Part shown: positions 37,780 to 51,300 of the stretch, piece by piece
Position numbering within the stretch: position 1 is the first letter of the stretch
Layout: every line of letters starts with the position of its first letter
Position numbers and translations under genes: made by a program
NCBI GenBank assembly: GCA_030704615.1
Contig: CM060732.1
Span: forward strand, 45,632,001 to 45,696,000
Direction: 5' to 3'
DNA length: 64,000 nt
Source of the DNA: Takakia lepidozioides
Taxonomy: Eukaryota; Plantae; Bryophyta
Notes under the pieces: generated by a model
Seen by the model: only the letters and a program-made list of their open reading frames with translations
Told to the model about the DNA's origin: nothing
The model's database searches: none

Positions 37780-40700
37780 ATGTCGGCTATGCCCCTTTAC
37801 CCGGATCTGCGAGCTGTGGATCTGTGGATCTGGGGATGCGTGTACAAGACATGGATCGGGGATCTGCTGCTGCAGTTTTGGTTGAAGAGAATTGGGTGGG
37901 TTGGGGGGAGTGTGGGGGAAGAGTCGAAGATGAAGCAAGCAGGTGTGATGGAGTGCAGAGCGCAGCTGTGGATGGTGGTGGCGCTGCTGTGTGCGCTAGC
38001 GGGAGGTGCTGCAGCGCGGGGATTTGTCCAGGAGGGAGGTAGTGCTTGTGAATCGCTGCAGCCTAGTGGGTTGCAGAAGAAAACGTTCTTGTCTCCTCCA
38101 TTGACGTTCCGTCCTGGGGAGGTGAGGAACAAATACTTCGTGGTGGATGCTCCGAAGGGCCATCTGGGAATTAGGGACTTCCATGCGGAGCTGGTGGACG
38201 AGAAGGGCGTGTCTGTGCTTCTGAGCGATGTGTACCTGCACCACTGGGTCATGTATGAGTTATCTGTACCGAGCAACGATGTAGAAACCCATAAGGAGAT
38301 GCTACTGAAATCCATGGAGAAGAAGCACACTCTTCAGTATCACTCCACCTCACACGCTGCCTCATTGGAAGCTGCTGGCACTGGCCTGAAGCTCGCAGAT
38401 GGACATAGGATGATGCAGTACTTTGGTGTTGGTGGGGAGACCAGGCGCACCAAGTCAACTATTCCCGCGCCCTTTGCAAGAGAGACTGCAGCTCCTTCCC
38501 TGCTTGCTGAGGGTTATGAGCCGATGTGGATTCTTAATGTCCACGGCCTTGACACACGGGGCGCCGTCAACACAATGGGGTGCACTGAGTGTCGGTTGGT
38601 TCTCTTCTACTCTTCTCTGAAATCTCTTACACCTGTTTTGAGGAAGTTGTCCACAGAAAAGAAAGAATGTAAGGGCCTCGTCCCCTGCAGATACTAAAAG
38701 CCTTCCGAAAGCTTCAGCCCACCAGGTTTACTTAGCCCATAATTTCCATTGACATAGCACTTAGCCATAGCCATAGCCGACAACAATCCTTTGCAGGGAG
38801 CTGAGTGGTAAAGTTAAGGGCTGATGTTGACTTCATTTTAAAAGCATGAGATCGATTCCAGCACTGCTCCTCCACCCCCCTAGCTTGTGGCAGGTGGACA
38901 CACATGTCTGTTTCAATGTGCTGTGAAACACTGTCGAGAGATCAAGGGCACGGTGAAGAAAGAGTGAGGGCCAGCTTACCAAACTATACTGTAGAGTGAT
39001 ATCAAATTTGCTTCTGACATCACAGATAGCTACGAAGTAGTGACTATGAAAGTATCTTGTGCCGTGTTAACCCTATAACAATGGAAGGTAGAAATAGAGA
39101 AGAATCTAGTGGATCGGTGTACTGCCACGAGCTCTATGGTGCTTGAACGATCCATTCGTGTTTATTATTTCAAGAATTAGAGGTTATGACAATTTTCAGT
39201 CAGTTTCTGGATTTGGGGTGAGAGATACTACTCATCTCATTCCTTGAATATGATCAGCATGTCATACGATGATTGTGTACTGGGTACTTGCTATCTGTTG
39301 TATGGTTGTTCTAATTTGGGAGGACTTGTAGGTGTGATCTTTACAATGTGACTGTGGACCGCAAAGGAAATCCTTTATCGGAAAGTTATGTGGGAGGCCT
39401 CGAGTGCTGCACAGATGGGAGGCGCTGTGCTGTGAAGGAGGGCTTTGAAGGTGATGAGCTTGAGATGACCATCTACCTACAGGTGAACTGCTTCACCCTT
39501 CACTGTGGTCACTTGGCTTTCAGTGAGTAACTTCACTTAAAATGCCCTTTTTGGACAGCTTTGGCAACCTTCAGCTGCAGATAGTACTGACTGAGTTTTG
39601 AAGTGTGGGGCATTGGATACTGTGCCTCTGTCCACCTTTTGTCCCACAGGCATATAGACATTGAAGTGGCTTGTTGTTTTGCCCTGAATGCACGTTCAGC
39701 TATTGTTGATGATGAGGTGATGAGTTGAGAGGTACTTGTATGTGCCATACAAGTCAGGTTTCATTTCCTGATAAAATATGGAAGTGCTGTATTGTGCAGT
39801 ACACATGGGAATATGTTACTTGGGATGAGTGCGTTGAGCCCCTGTCTTCAATATCCATGAACGTCGTCAAACAAGTCGAGTACACTGTTGAGGGATGTGG
39901 CCACACTGGATGTGGCAACACTGATCCCGCCTCTCAGGATTGTGTAGATACACGTGAGAGTACACTAGTTGCCCCCTTTGGAGGTGATTTGATCTTCGCA
40001 GTGTCGCACTTGCATGCTTCGGCCCTGGATAGTACTCTGTTTGGGGAAGATGGGCGTGTGATTTGCCACGCTCCTCCCATCTATGGTACTGGACAGGAGG
40101 CTGGCAATGAGATGGGCTATGTAGTTGGAATTGTGTCCTGCTACCCTGGGAATGAAGTCTCAAAGATTGTGGAGGGAGAGCGTTTGCGACTTGAAGTGAA
40201 GTACAGCAAAGTAGGGGGTCCCCACAGTGGTGTGATGGGCCTGATGGGCTTGCACTTGGCTGCTGGGGGGATTGCTTCAGTTGTGTAACTCCCCGAGCCT
40301 TAATGGGTATGGAAATTCAGTGGTGATATCTGCTGCCACCATAAGTATTCCCTCTCTTGTTCTTATGTGTAATAGTCCGGTTCTATATAAAATTGGAATT
40401 TAAAGTTTACTTGCAGGCAGAAGTAGAGGAAGATTGTTCCATTCATTTGTGTATAGCTGACGTACCTCTATAACTTTGTGAAGGTTTTCAGCTCAAAAAC
40501 CGAGCCAGGAGTAGAACATTTTAGTGTGACAAGGATTTGACCCTCATGGGTTACAGTGCAAACAGGGGGCATTTGTAATCACATTACTCCAGCCTGTAAA
40601 CATTAGTTTCTGAATCATATAATAATGTTGTGATGCTTATTTACGTTTACTATCAGATATGCAACTGTGTCATTGTATTTACCTGTACCTGTTTTTGAAT

Positions 40701-42245
40701 TCCATGTCCCTCTTCTCCTCTTCCTCTGTCAGTTATGTGTGGTAAGTCTGCAAGGAAGAAACATTGCAACCTTTCAGCAATAGGCAGCTGGTCTGTAAAA
40801 ATGCTTGTGCTAAAATCTGGTTTTTCTCTGGTTGTAACTTGTAACGTTGTAACCTTCACTGTCAGTGGTCAGACAAGCTTCACAAGTTGGCAACATGCTA
40901 TGCAGAATTCTCATAAATGTCAGAGTGAGAACAACAATGGTCACAATCATGGCATGCTTCTGTTTTTTGGCCCACAAAAACCAAGCTGGGAAAACATACT
41001 CGCACTTGCCTAGGAGTGCTTGAAAATGGAACTTCAAAACCTTGATATACACAACAACTGCACATATACTTAGACCAGCACTGCATTGCAAGTCCATTTC
41101 ACAGCAACCTAAGCATTCCTTGTATGTTATCTAGTTTCTGGCTCAAGTCTTCAGATACCAGAGGTATACAAACAGATAAGTGTGCAGAGAAAAAGCTTGA
41201 AAACAAACTCGACGTTCCCAGTTCCTCCCTTCACCTGTCTCGGGAAAGTAAGTTTAGGAATTTCACTACACGCACGTCGGCATGCAGATTCTTAGAGCTC
41301 TAGATCACGGATTGTGCCAACAAAATTGAGAGGCACAACAATTTACCCTAAACCACGCACCCCAAGGTCAATAAGCACCCATTCAATCAATGCTCCTGCC
41401 GGGGCAGATCGTCAGGTCGATCATAATTGAATGCATCTGGAGAATCTTACAGAGGTGCATTTGAGCTTTGAAGTCCATCTTCTTCCATTTTTTCCTCCGA
41501 AAGGTGTGGGTCAACTCGGCTTTTGAATCTTGGGCAGTGGGGGCCACTGACAGAATCGACGGAATCGGGCAATCCAAGATGCACTAGAGATCCTGCTGAT
41601 CACAATTCCTTCTCCCTTTTTTGTTTCTCGCTCTTGGCGTGTTTCCGAGTCGCTCGCCTATCGATCTCCTGCCGCTGCTTTCTCGCACATGTTTCAGAAG
41701 CTCCGCCAGGGTGCCTAACTTTGCCTCTCGGGGCCTGGCTGCGCTCTCGTCTCCTTCTCCGTGTGTACTCACCTCTCACCACCCGTACCTGTTTGATTAG
41801 AGAAGAAGTATGCTATACTGTTGGAAGAGTTGGTAAGAGGCATTGAGAGAATGGTGGCTGTACCCAAGCTGGCAGGGAGCTAGGTGTCCAGACGGACATC
41901 TTGGACGCCCGTGACCTCAGTTTGAGGCAGTTGAAGGGGGCGATGACCAACCAGGTCTATGAATGCCACTGGAAGAGAGATGGCCATCGCCCCAGGAAAG
42001 TGCTGGTGTGTGTCTATGGCGAGGGGAGCAACATCTTCTTCAATCGGGACAATGCATTGCGCACGTTTGAGCGGATGTCGCAGAGTGGACAGGGCCCTCA
42101 TCTGTTGGGCCGATTCCCCAGTGGTCGTGTTGAAGAATTTATCCGAGCTCGGGTCCGTCCCCCTTCTTTCATTTCCTTCCAGATAATGACCTCATGCCGA
42201 ATTCAGGAACAGTGCTGTTTTCTATACATGATTTTTCTTCTTCCT
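37780..42245 (+). repeat. Duplicated block, copy 2
   Basis: Direct-orientation paralog of 13156-19418. Confidence 0.92.
37930..40288 (+). CDS. Stress up-regulated Nod 19 (SURNod19) family secreted protein, copy 2
   Basis: Exons 37930-38594, 39332-39482, 39800-40288, all in phase; retains QYFGVGGETRRT. Confidence 0.9.
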
Positions 42246-42820
42246 TTCTCACTCTTCTTGTGTGACCTCCAAACCTTGGGAATTCACCATGAGTAAGCAG
42301 CCCAAGATTCTAAAGCTGAAAAACGTACTAACGGATATACATGGCTGTGGTCAGGGAATGGAGGGCATCACAGACACTATCAGCAACTATGCGCGACCCT
42401 GAAATATCAGCACAGATTGCAGCGGAACTGTGGGAATTCCATGGCTAGACATGGCTGGCCAAGCCAGACCAAAGCTCTCGGATCGCCTTAGGTCTGGGCT
42501 CTCACTCCAGCCTTGCTCCCTAAAATTATTGGTCTTCAAAATCTATTTCCAGTTCAGATTTTACTAGGTTCTCACATCGACGCATCCTTTGGACATTAGA
42601 AGTCTGTTGCTTCTACACACAATGCATATGGCAGAGACTGGCTGGACAAAACTGTGAGGCTAGCAAAGCCGGAGCACCTTGAGGAGTTTGGGGTTGCATA
42701 ATATGGGTCTTGAAGTTGAGCGACCTGAAGCAGCGCCTTTCTAAGTCAGGCGAGAGCATCAGATTTTGCCATCATGATTTGCAGTACAGAAACATCCTAA
42801 TTTCCGAGGAGGATAGCTAG
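41851..42820 (+). pseudogene. Choline/ethanolamine kinase pseudogene (remains of exons 1-3), copy 2
   Basis: LKGAMTNQVYECHW..VYGEG..GQGPHLLGRFPSGRVEEFIRAR; exon 2 TLSA..RDPEISAQIAAELWEFH; exon 3 FCHHDLQYRNIL. Early TAG and frameshifts. Confidence 0.85.
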
Positions 42821-42997
42821 AGAGAGAGAAGACTCTGGCCGAGGCCGGCGTAACTAAGAGCCACTTCGCCTCACGGCTACTTCCCCCTTTGGGGAGTGGG
42901 CCCTATGGATAGCTACATCACCATAATTGTCTGTGCCTATCTCTGTTGTTTGCTCCAACAGCTCTTTTGCTTACTAAGAACCACTACTGTCACCCTT

Positions 42998-43275
42998 TCA
43001 GGGTGGGCTCCCACAACCTGCGGATAGAGACTGGCAGATGGGAAAACCTGCAGCGGGAGGACTCCCTATGTCCAGCTTGCACACGGCGCAACCAGGAAAT
43101 TGAAACTGAAGAACACTTCTTCTTCTATTGCCCTCTATACTATGAGATCCGTGGGAGATTCCACTGTCTATTCTGTGGAACCCAATCTCTCACTGACGTC
43201 TTTCACTATGAAGATCAGAAATGCCTAGCAGCTTACCTGCATGAGGCACTCACCCTTAGACAATCACTCGAATGA
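42998..43275 (+). mobile_element. LINE 3' fragment (zinc knuckle)
   Basis: RVGSHNLRIETGRW..LCPAC..ETEEHFFFYCPLY. Confidence 0.75.
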
Positions 43276-45753
43276 TAGTTTTTATCTCTTGCTCTGACCC
43301 ACCCCAATGCCCTCAGGAGAGAAGGAGATAAAGATGCCGAAAGGTAATTGGGCCGCAAGATTCTATCATTTGGAGAACCAAGAATGTTTCTCGATAGAAA
43401 TGGTTGTCGTGAGGTTGGGTAGCTTCCAAGTTCTCTTGACATGAGTATGTTGCGGTCTTGCTTGGATGTGATGTCCACCCCTTTTGGATTCATTGGCAAA
43501 GGCGAGGCAACAGAGAGTCCATGCAGACGTCCATGACGTTCAAAAAAGGTATCCACTCGAGCGTTTGAAACCTACATTTCTTAGCATAGATGTTGCGAGG
43601 GCTTTGACCACAAGCGAGTTCCACGAAATAGACAGTGGAATCTCCCACTGATCTCATAATATAGAGGGCAATAAAAGAATAAGTGTGCTTCAGTTTCAAT
43701 AAAACAAAAAGAGGGAGTGGAGGGAGCCAGAAGCCCCAAAAGCAACTACTGCTCAAGGGATTGTCTAAGGTTAAAAGCTTCATGTAGGTAAGCTGCCAAG
43801 CATTTCTGATCCTCATAATGGAAGTGTCGCGATCCTGTTTGGACGTGATTTCCACCGGTTCTGTATTTTGTGGCAATAGCAACAGAGAGTCCATTGCGCT
43901 CAAAAAAGCTGCACACGGTCCAAGCATACCAGGAGGGCTTTAAACCTGCTGTTTTGAGCCTGAAAGATGTTCTGAGGCTGTGAGCCCTTTGGGTTTTAAG
44001 GCTTGTAACCTTTCAAGAAAGATTGTAAGCCGGAAGCTGGCCTCGGGTTGAAGTGGCTTGCTCAGCACATAGAAAGTGTGATGTGATGGTGATAGAGAGA
44101 AATGTTGTGATTGAGATATAGTACTATTTGGGGGGTTGTATCGATAGGTACACCATCGAAGACAGGAAGTTCAGAACAGTTGAGATGGAAATCCTTATCT
44201 AGAGGGTTACGTCACCATTTCAATTTCATGTGTTGGATCCCATTAAACATTTTACCAACATCAGATGGCTTATCTTTGATTCCATGAGACAATTTCCAAC
44301 TGAAAGTCACCACACTAGATCTAGAGCTTCGACAATATCTGAATAAATCTCCCACGGTTTGATGACTTAATTGATTTCCAATATTGCACAAAAGAATTTT
44401 CAGTTGCAGTGTACACTGTAGCTTCATAGAGATTCTTCGTAATTCATACAGATGCTCACCAAATCTCATCAACAGTTCATCAGCAGAATCAATCCTTAGA
44501 GAACTTGTCTCTCTTTAATTCTTGCACCTTAACACCTCTGAACTATTGAGTCGCATTGAGCATCCAGACAAATATCTCTAGTTGGAGAGATAACAATCCT
44601 GCTGATAAAGAGGTCTCTCCACCCATGAAGGAAGAGGTAGAGGGTTCTGAAGCAGTGAGAAGAGTATATGCATGCAAACGCTCTCAAGCTCAGGAGAAAA
44701 ACAGCTGCCGAGTGTGGGCATGGGAAGGTGCACGCAAGCTTGCAACATGTTGTCAGCAGACAACGTTATCGTTCACAGTTTTATGTCTTTGTGTGATGAC
44801 GTACTCAAACGTGAGCACTCTTGGGTTGGGCATGGAGGTTCTAGACCACGTGTGAGCCACGCCCAGATGGAGTGTCCAAGTTGGATGTGAGTCTGCACTT
44901 CAGAGATTTTTCAGAAGAGGTCTCAAGTGGCACATGTATAAAAATCCTTGTGTACGTGATTGGCTTAGGACTGCTTATAAGGTGTCTGCTGTACTGGACA
45001 TTTTCCTTGAATCACCTTGTCTACGAGTTCAAGAACAAGGTGTGGATATTACGGTCTTACTACTGAAGTTCATTACACACAATAATCACACTGTAGAGCC
45101 ACACCCACTCAAAGAATCCTGCAATTATGTGCTTCCATATGACAGTTAAGCATCTTGAGGGCAATGTGCAGAGGTGGTTGGATTGTGTGATGATGGTGAA
45201 TCCTGTTTGAAAGCATCAGCAATAAACTCGTCCACAGAGACGCCCTTGCGTCCCTGCAACAGCTCCAAGTCTGGCCTCACCACACTGTCTGTACCGTCTC
45301 TGTTCTGGTCCAGCTGCAGCAGCTGCAACAAAATCAAGTGTGAAGGACGGTATGGCATGGTTGGCACTACACGATGGTCTACCTATACTACTACTTCATT
45401 GGATGGTCAATCTGATTCACAGGAATTGTAGGGCTGTGATAAGTCAGTGATGCTCCACTAAATGAGTGACACGTTAATCTGTACCTCTGATGTATAAGTC
45501 TGGTGTGTTTAAGATCAAAAGTGAGGTTAAAGATTTTGAGGCTACTGTCCCTCTTCCTTTAACCCTTAATCTCCGAAGCCCTTTTTGGAGTTTTTAACAA
45601 TTTTGGGTACCCAGCTGCAGTAAATTGCCCGCAGAACCCTACCAAAAATCATCCATAGATTCCAGCCTTATAGCAGTGGGCCTGCTCATTTATGCACAAC
45701 ATATCAAAAAATCAGCCAATTCCACCGTGGGAATTGTGAGATTATAACATTGG

Positions 45754-45999
45754 ACCAACAGTCAGTAGCTCAGTTGGTTAGTGCACTGAGTGCTACCCAG
45801 ATGATTCTGGGTCAAATCTACTCGACGGGTGTGGTACACTTCTCCCCCTTCCCTTGGGCAGTGTCCCATTTCTCAGCCTCCTTGAGCCTCCTTGGCACAC
45901 TTACTGTGAAAGAGGTTATTTTCTCCTCTCTATCAAGGGGCCTGATTTGTGAGCTGTCGCTCCCAGGTGTTTCCCTTTAAGAAAAAAAAACAAAAAAAG
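45754..45999 (+). mobile_element. tRNA-derived SINE
   Basis: A-box TAGCTCAGTTGG (45766-45777), B-box-like GGTCAAATC, A-rich tail, TSD AACATTGG; absent from the MITE copy at 49405. Confidence 0.8.
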
Positions 46000-46617
46000 A
46001 ACATTGGCCCGAATCTCAAATTTCAGGTCTCAAAGGAGAAGTGGGAAAAAAATATGTTTGACCAAATCAAAACCTAGCTTTATCCAATTTTTCTTGCCCC
46101 AAGACCCACAGTGGAATGGCTACAACTCCTCTAAATTGCAGGTCCAACTGGTTTTTTCACTTATGGTTGCTTTGTATTTTCTTACATAGGGGTTAAAATC
46201 TAAAAATTGACAAGAAAAAAAGTGCCTCCAAATAAAGTTTTTCTTTTCTACAAAATTTCTAAAACCTAGTGGTGGTTTGTATGTAATGATTACAAGGTGA
46301 AGTGGTTTTTACAATAGTTATCTTAGGTATTTTCTGTAGGTGGTAGCTTTTGTTGGCTCTCTTGTAGAGAGAGACTTTGCAACATGTTTAAGTCAATGGA
46401 GAAAATGTGGTCAAAGGACCTTACACCGTGTCAAGGCTCCGATTGGTGTGTTGTGCTGAGCCATGCCCCTTACTTCACCTCCTCTTATGTTTTGCCAAAG
46501 CAAGAGAGCCCATTGCCATTTTAGGCTTGTTTTCTTTTTATTTTTCTTTTTGCATCATATTCTAGACAAGTTTTTAGGAGTGGCCCCATCAGAGGAGATC
46601 AGCTGAAATTAGTGGAA

Positions 46618-46786
46618 GTGGACAACCAGCATGTAGCCCGGTGGTAATGGGCACATACCATGCTGGATATGGTTATGGGTTTGTCTGGTGTGTCATGAAG
46701 GTGTCGGTCCACCTTCCAGCTGGAAGGCAATAGCCCTTATACCATAACTTATGCTCCCTTGGGGAGGCGTCATATTTTTTTTATTT
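46618..46786 (+). mobile_element. Short SINE-like insertion with T-rich tail
   Basis: TSD TTAGTGGAA (46609-46617 / 46787-46795), A-box-like TAGCCCGGTGG; absent from the 49405 copy. Confidence 0.55.
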
Positions 46787-49404
46787 TTAGTGGAAATGGA
46801 AATTCAGAGCGACCCGATGCGGGTCGCTTGGGAAATTAAAGATTAAAGAACAAATAAATAAAAAGAAGAGAAAAGTGAACACGATGACGCCTTCCGAAGG
46901 AACCTTAAATTTTAGCCCGAGGGACTACTGTCCCCCACTACAAGGTGGATACTTTGAGCCATAACTTATATCACCCTGTTTGTATGCAGAGGCAAGCCAC
47001 AAACTCTCAACCACTAGGACCGCATGCTGACGGAGCTGTTCCATTGCGCTACGGCTTGGCTTCGCGTTGCTCTACCCTCGTAAAGCATTGCCAAAAAAAA
47101 TTGTTTGAATTTATCGTGCCGTTAAAAAGCAGAATTCATTAGCTGCATTCCACCTGGCGGATTGCACCCCATCAGCTCCCTCGAGTGCATTCCAAAATGC
47201 AGAATGCACCGGCCATTAGATTTTTTGAAAAAACAATTGGCATTTCTTTACGTAGGGTAATGCCCCTCGTGTGGGGCATTCCCGGATTTACGGACCTTCC
47301 ACTTGGGCTACCACCCTCGGGGTCAGGCCCTTAAATCCGGGAATGCCCTCCACTAAGGGCATTACCCTATATGGAGAGCATTGGGACCCGCCTACGTGGC
47401 GTTCTGGCATTGGCGAAGAGGTGAGCCAGCTAGTGGCCGTAGTGAACTACCTTGTGAAGCGCTTTGCAACCTACAGAAAGCACTTTCTTGATTTCTTTGG
47501 CGTTCAAATATTAATTCGCAGCTACCTACCTAATTTTGCAAAGTACCGGACGACTCGAGTCGGGCCTGAGTGCACCACGCACGGTAGCTTCCCCACGTGG
47601 CGCTCAGGTAGTGGGGGATCCTATTCCTACCTGGCCTGGAACCGCATGTAGGAACATGATAAGTTATCCCCAGTCGCATGGGGGCTACCTGATTCGTAGT
47701 GATGAGTTTGGGTAGCATATGAGCAGGCTCACGCCTCTATGCGCCTGCTCAAGTGAGCAAGCAAAAGAGGAAATGCCACATATTCCAAGAATATTCTTGG
47801 AAATGCTTGAGAGAAACAAGCCATGTGAAGTTGGGGCATTGGGCCCTATGCCCGAGCATTTGGCGCCAAGAACAAGAACACGATTTCCATCTCCATGAAC
47901 AATTAATAGTTGTATATTCAATCATGTGATATTGACGTATCTACGAAGTAATCACTAATATGCGAAACTAGACACTTCATTTTGTTTTGCCCACGAAAGT
48001 GTGGGTAATGACCTACTGCAATAAGCATGTAACAATTCGGTAGCGAAACAAAACAACCTCACGTCGTCCCTTATATGCAAAACCAAACACAACTCATTTT
48101 GTTTCGCCCACGAAACCATTGGATAATGACCTACGCAATGATACCTTGAAATTTCACTCGCGAAACCCGATACCTTGATTTATTTTGCTGGCGAAACCCG
48201 TTATTTGCCTCATTATATTAAATTATTGCTCAATTATCGGTTGGTATTTTTGTGTTTTGGATGGTGTTGGTTATTGTGTTTGTTTTTTCCTAATGTGTTA
48301 TTATTTTGTAGGATACCAAAGTTGTAAATATGTGGAACTTGAAGCTTATAGATATACATTATGGGTGCCTATTTCGCATAGGGTTTAGGGTTTAGGGACA
48401 GAAATAGGCACATAAACCCTATAAATGCACTGTATCTCTATATCCGCCAATGGTTTTTTTTCGATTTGAAAACATATAACTCATGTGACCGCGGTTTAAA
48501 AACATAAACCTCCATGACCTTGGGTTGTGCTCACGTTCTACCAACCCCCGTAGTGATGACTTCCGAGAACAATGTCTAGAAAAATGGGATGCATTCAAGT
48601 TTTACGAAAAGTTGAACAATTATCTTATTTCATGTTTATTTGATCGGTGTCTGTCTGTGTCTTGATTTGATGACGGTAATAAATAGATTTGTATTATGAA
48701 TATTATACTGAACATGGATTCATTTTTTAATTGTTTATGCAATCTTTTGAAATATGTTCCCTGGTAGATAATGTGTATGGTGAATTTGATAGATTTAATA
48801 TTTGTGACATTAGCAATCACACCAACCCATAAGATAAAAACTAATATAAATTTGCAGGTGAGGTGGTAATGAATCCACTGATATGTTTTGTTACCAACTT
48901 TTGAGGTGTGATGCATACCTAAGCTAAACACAACGGTATATGGTTGGAATTTGTGGATGGTACTTAGGAGTTTGGGTAGAGCATGGGCACACTCGCGCTA
49001 GCCTGCTCACGTGAGCACAATAGCATATTTCAAATATTCCCCAAAGATTTTTTGTGATATTCTTTGGTGAAACAAACTCACAAACCTATTTAAATTAATA
49101 AACTAGTTATTAAGTGTTATTTAAAAAGTATTATCATTAAGAGCTATGCTCATGCGATAAACAAGTCCACAAACAAGACTGCCCAATATTATAAGGTCAA
49201 CACGTAAACAATCAGATTTTGTCAGAACACATCTGTGGACTGTTCCTGCAAGTGTAACATCTCTGCAAATGAATGCGCAACTTACATTCACCTTCGTGAC
49301 TACATAAATGGGATTTGTCAACGGTATTGTCTGAGAAAACCACCTTTGGATATATATACACTGAATCAAGGTTTCAATTAGAATGTTCTAAGTCTTTCAT
49401 TTAA

Positions 49405-50224
49405 CCCTTAAGTTCCCAAGCCCTCTTTTGACATTTTACCAATTTTGGGTACCCAGCTGCAGTAAATTGCCCCTAGAAACCTACCAAAAATATCCACAGA
49501 GTCTAGCCTTATAGCAATGGGCCCAGCTCATTTATGCATGACATACCAAAAAATGAGCCAAGTCCACCTTGGAAATTGTGAGATTATAGCATTGGCCCGG
49601 ACCTCAAATATCAGGTCCCAAAGAAAAAGTGAGAAAGAAATTGGATTGACCAAATCAAAACCTAGCTTTATCCAATTTTGCTTGCCCCAAGACCCACCAT
49701 TTCCAAATCAATAGTGGAGTGGCCATGACCCCACTAAATTGCAGGTCCAACTGATTTTTTCACCTATGGTTGCTATGCATGCAATTACATGGGGGTTGAA
49801 ATCTCAAAATTGACAAGAGAAAATGTGCCTCCAAATGAAGTACTTTTTTTTCTACAAAATTTTTAAAAGCCAACGGTGGATGTGGGTATGTAATGCTCAC
49901 ACACCACAAGGTGAAGTGTTTTTTCCAAAATTGCTAATTTTCTGCCAACGGCCTTTGGAGTGCAATCTGTTTTAGGCTTGTTTACCTGCCACGTCAGCGG
50001 TCAACAGCCCTTTTCAGGCCCCAAAACGTAAATGAGAGATCTAAGATATTTTTTGTAAGTTGCAGCTTTTGTTTTTTTTTTAATTTTATTTCTTGCATCA
50101 TACTCGAGACAAATCCCTTGTCATTAAAGCTTCAGGAGTGGGCCCCATCAGATTAGATATGCAAAAATTAGGTCAAACTGCAAATTCAAAGTGACCCGAT
50201 TTAGGTCGCTTGGGAACTTGAGGG
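49405..50224 (+). mobile_element. piggyBac-like non-autonomous element (MITE)
   Basis: TTAA on both sides; TIR CCCTTAAGTTCCCAAGC / GCTTGGGAACTTGAGGG (16/17 match); no coding capacity. Confidence 0.85.
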
Positions 50225-50509
50225 TTAAACTACATGCGAGTAGAGTGTCGAGGAAGTGTAGACGAGGCAATTAAAGTACAAACTTGTATTTTCAGTTGAC
50301 AATGACATATATTAAAAAAAAAAACAGCGTCCATGTTGACTCTGTATATTCATATATCACCTGCAATTGGAATTTTGCCAAAGAAACCTTCTAGAGGTCC
50401 AAAATGGTAAGGCCCTCTTTTTATATATATCACAAGAGAGTGTGCAAAACCTCTTGTATTTTCGCAAACGAAATAGAATAAGTGTCTCTATTGTTGAAAT
50501 TGCGATCTT

Positions 50510-50980
50510 GCTCACACGTTTTCTCCTCACGCTATGCTTAGAAGATAACAAACTTAGGGTTTCTCAAAGCGAAATCCTCCGCTGTTGAGCCTCCGCTGCC
50601 GTCGGCACTATAAGTTTAGGGTTTGTTGATATGCTGCGCCCTGAGGTTTCGCCTTGAGAAACCCTGGTTAAGTTTTAGTTTTTATATGGTGTAATTTGTT
50701 TTCCTGCTCACTCATTTTGTGCTCACACTATGCTTTACATGACAACAAACTTTGGGTTTATGATCAAAATGAAATCCTCCGTTGTCTAAGTTTAAGGTTT
50801 TGTTGATATGCTGCGCCCCGAGGTTTCGCCTTGAGAAACCCTGGTTAAGTTTTAGTTTTTAGATGGTGTAATTTGTTTTCCTGCTCGCTCATTTTGTGCT
50901 CACACTATGCTTACATGACAACAAACTTTGGGTTTATAATCAAAACGAAATCCTCCGTTGTCTAAGTTTAAGGTTTGAAT
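50510..50980 (+). repeat. ~180-190-bp tandem repeat, ~2.5 copies; the remainder resumes near 51460
   Basis: CTCAC(G/A)CTATGCTT..ACAAACTT.GGGTTT..GAAATCCTCCG recurs at ~50527, 50722 and 50899. Confidence 0.8.
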
Positions 50981-50984
50981 CCCC

Positions 50985-51300
50985 AAATCTTACCATTCAC
51001 TTCGTCAAATTTATATACTGCCATGACCGTTACCCCACCTCCTCCACCTTAGACAAACAACAGAAATATACCCCGCTCATCCTCGCAATCCACCAACAAG
51101 GTTGGAACACCGGCCCACTATCCCTCATCACTGCCGGAACTAGAGGTGGCATCCATAACGCTAGTATCACCACACTACACAAAAAACTTTAATATCCCGA
51201 TCTCCCCTATTCATAAATGCTTCAAAGCAATACACTTCCTACCCTTCATAGCTATTATTACTAAAAAGCGACTACTTCAATCCAAACCCCCCTTTCATAC
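50985..51300 (+). mobile_element. Fragment of the C-terminal restriction-like endonuclease region of a non-LTR retrotransposon
   Basis: KQQKYTPLI..GWNTGPLSLITAGTRGGIH; interrupts the third tandem unit. Confidence 0.5.

Larger units (their letters stand above)
45563..46842 (+). mobile_element. Older copy of the piggyBac-like MITE with two nested insertions
   Basis: Flanked by TTAA, with degenerate TIRs; colinear with 49405-50224. Confidence 0.75.

Noticed and set aside
44200-45480. Short coding-looking fragments on both strands
   Set aside because: They contain stops and no motif I recognise; possibly pseudogene debris, but not assignable.
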